A stretch of 19,164 bases of DNA. Source: a virus. This document shows, piece by piece, positions 14,673-19,164 of the stretch. The notes beneath the pieces are model-generated. The model searched no databases. It was given only the letters and a program-made list of their open reading frames with translations, and was not told the origin of the DNA. Both the position numbers and the translations under genes were made by a program. The DNA is taken from the IMG/VR virus record IMGVR_UViG_3300031269_000117, positions 1-19,164 of that record; one strand, written 5' to 3'. The first letter of the stretch is position 1; each line of letters begins with the position of its first letter.

Positions 14673-14968
14673 TTCATGAATTAAAAATTGTTCCAAAATA
14701 TTATGAAAGAATTTTAGAGGGCGTTAAAAACTTTGAAGTTAGATATAATGACAGAGGTTTTCAGCCCGGTGATACAGTTGTCTTAAGAGAGTACGTTCCG
14801 GAGCCTTTTAATTCATGGGATCTTGAAATACAAATTGGATATACTGACAGGGAGCCTTTAGAATTTACAATTGGTTATGTGTATTCACTGCCTAAAGATA
14901 TGGTAGTTTTCGCACTACTTCCCCCCCCAAAAAAAAAACCTAAACAAAAGTCTAAAAAACTACTTTAA
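14669..14968 (+). CDS. ASCH-fold protein of the DUF3850 type (99 aa) with a Pro/Lys-rich tail.
   Basis: MIHELKIVPKYYERILEGVKNFEVRYNDRGFQPGDTVVLREY matches the DUF3850 N-terminal signature (HELKxxPxYFxxxxxGxKxFExRxNDRxFxxGDxxxLxE). Confidence 0.7.
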   Translation: MIHELKIVPKYYERILEGVKNFEVRYNDRGFQPGDTVVLREYVPEPFNSWDLEIQIGYTDREPLEFTIGYVYSLPKDMVVFALLPPPKKKPKQKSKKLL

Positions 14969-15000
14969 AAAATAAATAAACTTTGTGATATAGTCTTTCC

Positions 15001-16515
15001 ATGGCAAAGGGCTGGAGAAAAACTCATTTAGATTGGGACAAGGTTAAAGAACTATTTAACATGCAAAACTCTCAAGAAGAGATTGCAGCGTTCTATGGCA
15101 TAAGCATCAAGAGCCTTGAGAGGTACTGTCGTGAGGACTTAGGTCATGAACTTGGGGTGTTTTCTGCACAAAAAAGACTAACTGGAAAGGTTAGGGCTAG
15201 AAAAAACCTATTTAGGCTAGCCGAGTCTAACCACCCCGGTGCAGTCACAGCCTCAATATACTTACACAAAGTCCTATGTCCAACAGAGAACCCGAACAAA
15301 AAGCAAGAACCTGTAGTTGAGAAAGATTCTCATTTAGAGGAAGTTAGAACTTTCTCAGAGTTTTGTGCAAATGCCGGTTATCCAATTCCTTACTATAAGC
15401 AAAAAGAAATGAGAGAGTTTGTTTTTGATGTGACAGAGCCTAGGGAACTAATTGGCGCTAGAGGCGTTGGAAAAACTGATTATACAACCATAGCCGGTGT
15501 GGCGTATGACATATACTTAAACGGCACCAACACAACAAACCTAATCATGACCGACTCACAAAAAAGGAACAAAGCTTTAGTTGGAGAGATTGCCCACTTC
15601 TTAAAAGCCAATAGCGTTAGGCTATCAAAAGATACTAGCGAGGTTTTAAGAATTGAGGGCCTTGTTGGAAAGGATCACTCCGTAGAGGCTATGACCATAG
15701 GCTCATCAATGAGAGGTAGGCATCCTAAAAGAATCATAATGGATGATCCTGTAACAGAAAAAGACACGAGTGCCGCTAAAAGATCCCAGGCAAAAAAAGC
15801 GTATGAGGAAGCTTATAAGCTAACTTCAAATATATGCTTGATAGGACAGTACGTTCACCCTCAAGATCTATACAGTGAGCTAGAAGACAATCTCAGAGTT
15901 ATGAAAGTTCCACATGGAACTATACCAGAGCTTGATGCTGACCTTGAGGCCATGGAAGCGGCCGGTGTTTCTAGAAGATCAATAGACATGTCTTATAGGC
16001 TTTTTATACCAAAAGAAGGCGAGACTATATTTTCAGGGCTTAATAAAATTCCAGACATGCCACCGGGTCAAACAGTTGCTTTTATCGATCCGTCTGATGG
16101 GGGTGACTACACTGCTATCAGTGTTCTTAGATCTTATATGGATGGAATATGTGTTTATGGAAAAGTATGGAAAAGAGCTTGGTATCATTGCATTGATGAC
16201 ATTGAAAATGTTGTTAAAGAAAAATCAGTTTCGAGGGTTTGCTTTGAAACTAATGCGACAGGGAGTCAACCTATTGAGCAGTTAAGACAGGTCCTTGATG
16301 GGGTGGGGGTAGTTGGAAAGCACTCGACTTCAAACAAGCACTCAACAATTGTTGCAACAGGTTCTTATGCTCACATGATACACTTGTCTAATGAGTCTGA
16401 CAGTGAGTACATTAGACAAGTGGAAAACTACGAAATGAATGCAGATTATGATGATGCGCCCGACTCACTTGCAAGGTGTCTTGAGTGGATAGGTTTAATT
16501 AAGGGGGGGAAGTAA
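15001..16515 (+). CDS. terL: Terminase large subunit with an N-terminal HTH extension resembling a small terminase.
   Basis: Walker A is LIGARGVGKTD and Walker B is KRIIMDDPV. Nuclease acidic motifs are AFIDPSDGGDYTA, CFETNATG and DDAPDSLARCL. Residues 1-~95 (DWDKVKELFNMQNSQEEIAAFYGISIKSLERYCRE...RARKNLFRLAESNHPGAVTASIYLHK) look like the HTH N-terminal domain of small terminases. Confidence 0.85.
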   Translation: MAKGWRKTHLDWDKVKELFNMQNSQEEIAAFYGISIKSLERYCREDLGHELGVFSAQKRLTGKVRARKNLFRLAESNHPGAVTASIYLHKVLCPTENPNKKQEPVVEKDSHLEEVRTFSEFCANAGYPIPYYKQKEMREFVFDVTEPRELIGARGVGKTDYTTIAGVAYDIYLNGTNTTNLIMTDSQKRNKALVGEIAHFLKANSVRLSKDTSEVLRIEGLVGKDHSVEAMTIGSSMRGRHPKRIIMDDPVTEKDTSAAKRSQAKKAYEEAYKLTSNICLIGQYVHPQDLYSELEDNLRVMKVPHGTIPELDADLEAMEAAGVSRRSIDMSYRLFIPKEGETIFSGLNKIPDMPPGQTVAFIDPSDGGDYTAISVLRSYMDGICVYGKVWKRAWYHCIDDIENVVKEKSVSRVCFETNATGSQPIEQLRQVLDGVGVVGKHSTSNKHSTIVATGSYAHMIHLSNESDSEYIRQVENYEMNADYDDAPDSLARCLEWIGLIKGGK

Positions 16516-17511
16516 ATGGGACTTTTAGAATCCATTGGATTTAACGTTGGTAGATCAACTACAAAAGTAGACGTGGGTGAAGTGTTTGAGTTTGCTATAT
16601 CTAGAAACGAGTATGTTAAACTAGACATGATCTCTTTTTATAAGATGATACTCACTGATGTTTTGAGTATGACTCAAGGCTTAGACGATGATAAATCCTC
16701 AATGCTGGTTAAAAGTTACTTAGCGAATGAAGTAAAAATTGATGCGCTAACTCTAATAGCTGAATCAATGTATTTAAGAACTGAGCTTTTTCTGGTCTTT
16801 GATAGCACTGTAGTTGTTCGACAAGCGACTCCAGAGGAGCAGTCAAGAATTAGAGAAAGCTATAAAGATCCCACATCGCCCCCTGTAAAAAACGCTGTTT
16901 ATGTAAACTTTAAAGAGTACAAAGTAACAGAGCTTTTAAAGGTCTACTCCTCTATGGAGTACACTGCTTTATCTAAACTCGACAAGGATCTTAACTTTTC
17001 AAAAGCTTTACAAGTGGGCATTAAAGGAATGAGGGCGAACGTTTCTTTGTCCGATTCAAGCATTGCTTTTAAGCAAGGCAAAGACATAGTAGACGGTTTA
17101 AGAAAAGGCCATGACATCATAAAAGATTCTGAAGATACTCTAACAAGTGGGGTGCCGGTTTTAGATCCTATATTAAAAACATTCGAAACAGTTGATAAAA
17201 AGAAAAGCTTAAAAACAAGACTCCCAATGAGCTATATAACAGGGGAGCTCTCTCCGGGTGGGTTAACTGATACAGGGGATGGGGATGCTAGAGCTTTACA
17301 TAGAGGTCTAAGACTTCACTACATTACTTTGTTTAAGCCTATCATTGAAAATCTTTTTGATATTAAAACAAGCTTTGAAGAGCCTGTAAAAAACGCTAAC
17401 GATGGTGCGACTCAACTTCTACAAACCTTTAACTTAGATGAGTCTGGTTATTTGAGTGAGGATGAAAAAAGAGTCATAATAAGACGTGCGTTTAATATAC
17501 AGGAATCCTAA
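16516..17511 (+). CDS. Putative portal protein (331 aa, small).
   Basis: It lies immediately downstream of terL (TAAATG junction) and upstream of the MuF-like gene. No motif was recognised by eye. Confidence 0.5.
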   Translation: MGLLESIGFNVGRSTTKVDVGEVFEFAISRNEYVKLDMISFYKMILTDVLSMTQGLDDDKSSMLVKSYLANEVKIDALTLIAESMYLRTELFLVFDSTVVVRQATPEEQSRIRESYKDPTSPPVKNAVYVNFKEYKVTELLKVYSSMEYTALSKLDKDLNFSKALQVGIKGMRANVSLSDSSIAFKQGKDIVDGLRKGHDIIKDSEDTLTSGVPVLDPILKTFETVDKKKSLKTRLPMSYITGELSPGGLTDTGDGDARALHRGLRLHYITLFKPIIENLFDIKTSFEEPVKNANDGATQLLQTFNLDESGYLSEDEKRVIIRRAFNIQES

Positions 17512-17994
17512 GTGTCGATTGTTTATGAGCCTGAAAAGATCTTAAAACAAATAGCGCCGGGATCTAAAATTGAGAAGATGCTAACTCAAAAAGCAAGTTT
17601 AAAAAAAACGGCACTTGCTTTTGTTAAGTCCTTTGATTTTATTGACGATGAAAAAATAGCTGAAGTTGCCATTAAAACTATTAAAGATTACAAAAAAAGA
17701 ATTGCTAATAAAGAAACTAAAGAGACTGCAAAAGACATTGTTAAAAAACCTAAGCTTTTAATTGCAAGAATTCAAAATGCGGTTGTGTTTCAAGTTGCAA
17801 ATGAAATAGAAAAAAAATATAGAGGCGCTGAATATGAGTGGCTCCCTTCCAATGCAGATGAGCCCGATCCTCTACATCAGCTAAAGTATGGGAAAGTATA
17901 TACTTTAGGAAAAGGGGAAAAACCAGGGGACAGGCATGGGTGCCAATGTGGTATGAGATTATTAGTTAAAGATGAAAAATTAAAACTAGACTAA
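17512..17994 (+). CDS. Minor head protein, Mu F / SPP1 gp7-like domain (160 aa).
   Basis: The C-terminal pattern WLPSNADEPDPLHQLKYGKVYTLGKGEKPGDRHGCQCGM matches the Mu F core (D..xR..H..LdGk........P....CRC). GTG start abuts the portal stop. Confidence 0.65.
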   Translation: MSIVYEPEKILKQIAPGSKIEKMLTQKASLKKTALAFVKSFDFIDDEKIAEVAIKTIKDYKKRIANKETKETAKDIVKKPKLLIARIQNAVVFQVANEIEKKYRGAEYEWLPSNADEPDPLHQLKYGKVYTLGKGEKPGDRHGCQCGMRLLVKDEKLKLD

Positions 17995-18008
17995 AGGAGT
18001 CAATAAAT

Positions 18009-18695
18009 ATGAAAGCATGGATGAAAATTTTACTAAAACAAAACCTACTGTTTGATGCACCCCCTGATGCCGATGTGCCACCTAATGGTGATGCACCCCC
18101 ACCCCAAAAGGGCGAAGATGATAAAGACCAGACTATCGAACAGTTAAAAGCAGAAATTTCTAAGCTTAAAGAAACATCCCCACCCCAACAAATAGAGGGT
18201 GACTTGGCTTTAAAGGCTAGAATAGAAAGAGAAAAAATTGAGTCTGAAAAGGATCACTCGTCAAAACTTGAAGCTGCTATAGCCTTTAATTACAAGGCAC
18301 AAGACTGGTTAAAGGAAAATGACACGCTACTTCCAGAGACTATCAAGGGTATTTTTGATGAGGCCAACAAAGAAAACTATGGCTCTCAAACCCAAAAGGC
18401 TAGCGCGATTAAGGATGGCATCGTAGGCGAATTCTTTGCAGTTAAAGAAAATCTAGACCTTTTAACAGACTCACAAAAGATAGAGCTTGAACAATTTAAG
18501 AAACTGACCAAAACTGAAAGAGAACAGCGAGTGGGCAAAGTTTATGATTCATTGTTTGAGCCTAGTTTTAAGATGCTTAAAGAGATCAAAAAAGCTAAGG
18601 CAGTAAACAAGGGTCATGGATCACCGACCGGTGTACAAGAAACCTATCGTAAGATGATGATTGAAAAATCTAATAAAAAATATATCGGGGGATAA
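18009..18695 (+). CDS. Putative scaffolding protein (228 aa).
   Basis: Highly charged, helical, coiled-coil-like sequence with a Pro-rich N-terminus, positioned between the MuF-like gene and the capsid genes. Confidence 0.55.
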   Translation: MKAWMKILLKQNLLFDAPPDADVPPNGDAPPPQKGEDDKDQTIEQLKAEISKLKETSPPQQIEGDLALKARIEREKIESEKDHSSKLEAAIAFNYKAQDWLKENDTLLPETIKGIFDEANKENYGSQTQKASAIKDGIVGEFFAVKENLDLLTDSQKIELEQFKKLTKTEREQRVGKVYDSLFEPSFKMLKEIKKAKAVNKGHGSPTGVQETYRKMMIEKSNKKYIGG

Positions 18696-18700
18696 AAAAT

Positions 18701-19123
18701 ATGCATGATCCAAGTAAAGTTCTTCTAGGAAGTACAGAGCAAAGCTGGAAGGTTTCAAAATCCTACAAGGGCACTATTGAACCCGGAGTTGTTTGCAGTA
18801 GAAACTCAGGCGGTGTTTTGATTGTTGGTCCTGGTAATGACATGGGCGTTTCACTTGGAAAAAACATGGGTGACGCTGGTTACTCAACAAGATGCGAAGC
18901 CGGGCTTGGTGTACCAGTTGCACTAACAGATGGTTTTACTCCTACTCAAGGTGGGGTTGTTCATATCAATGACACTACAGGTTTAGCGAATGAAGCGGGT
19001 GCTGGTAACACAGAAACTCTTGGAGCTTATTCAAGTGGTGTTTTAACCGGCATCAAATACGACGCTAATGGCGCAGAAGTAGAAGTTAGAGTAGCATTAG
19101 TTAAAATGGTGGGTGGGTTGTAA
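18701..19123 (+). CDS. Putative head decoration protein, DUF2190-like (140 aa).
   Basis: Gly-rich, beta-type sequence ending ...TLGAYSSGVL...VEVRVALVKM, reminiscent of DUF2190. It occupies the lambda D-like position between the scaffold and capsid genes. Its 3' end is duplicated at 1-86. Confidence 0.45.
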   Translation: MHDPSKVLLGSTEQSWKVSKSYKGTIEPGVVCSRNSGGVLIVGPGNDMGVSLGKNMGDAGYSTRCEAGLGVPVALTDGFTPTQGGVVHINDTTGLANEAGAGNTETLGAYSSGVLTGIKYDANGAEVEVRVALVKMVGGL

Positions 19124-19164
19124 TGGCTAAAAAAGCCAAAACTAAATCAATCATTAAAAAGGTT
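19038..19164. repeat. Terminal direct repeat, copy 2 (identical to 1-127).
   Basis: Exact 127-nt identity with the start of the window. Confidence 0.95.

Noticed and set aside
14921-14968. The idea that slippage in the C8-A10 tract fuses the ASCH ORF to the terminase.
   Set aside because: I read both alternative frames. One stops at TAA 14941-14943 and the other at TAA 14973-14975, so no fusion to the terL frame is possible.
16076-16285. The 69-aa +-strand ORF nested in the terminase in another frame.
   Set aside because: It lies inside the nuclease domain of terL, whose frame is confirmed by motifs. It has no RBS and no compositional support.
16446-16628. The 60-aa minus-strand ORF across the terL/portal junction.
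   Set aside because: It is an antisense shadow ORF.

Overview
The window appears to be a complete, AT-rich tailed-phage genome of about 19,037 bp. Bases 1-127 are an exact copy of 19038-19164, which is what a circular-contig wrap-around looks like, and the duplicated piece lies inside coding sequence. Every convincing gene except one is on the + strand, and genes are tightly packed with many ATGA, TAATG and TAGTG start/stop overlaps.

Gene order, read across the junction:
- Packaging and head (15001-19123, continuing at 86-1120): large terminase with an N-terminal HTH extension like a small terminase, putative portal, MuF/SPP1 gp7-like minor head protein, scaffold, decoration-like protein, a 51-aa Lys-rich ORF, the major capsid protein and a strong intrinsic terminator.
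- Neck (1189-2322).
- Tail (2334-9662): a sheath-like plus tube-like pair, a tail chaperone with a clear -1 frameshift site, a short tape measure, about 7 baseplate ORFs in a P2/Mu-like W-J-I arrangement, and two tail-fibre paralogues.
- Lysis (9663-11522): a single-pass membrane protein, a lipoprotein gene overlapping its neighbour in another frame, and a TIGR02594-type peptidoglycan hydrolase.
- Early/accessory region (11523-14968): the only minus-strand gene, a 519-bp repeat-rich divergent control region, an ERF recombinase, small ORFs, an Sm-like protein, a ~184-bp in-phase hexanucleotide array (GGTCAN x30), and an ASCH/DUF3850 protein.

I saw no integrase, polymerase, helicase, replication initiator, separate small terminase, tRNA or CRISPR array. 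The hexamer array next to the Sm-like gene is the most unusual element. Second is the very small genome that nevertheless seems to encode a contractile-tail-type module. All functional calls come from motif recognition by eye and from synteny; no database search was run.
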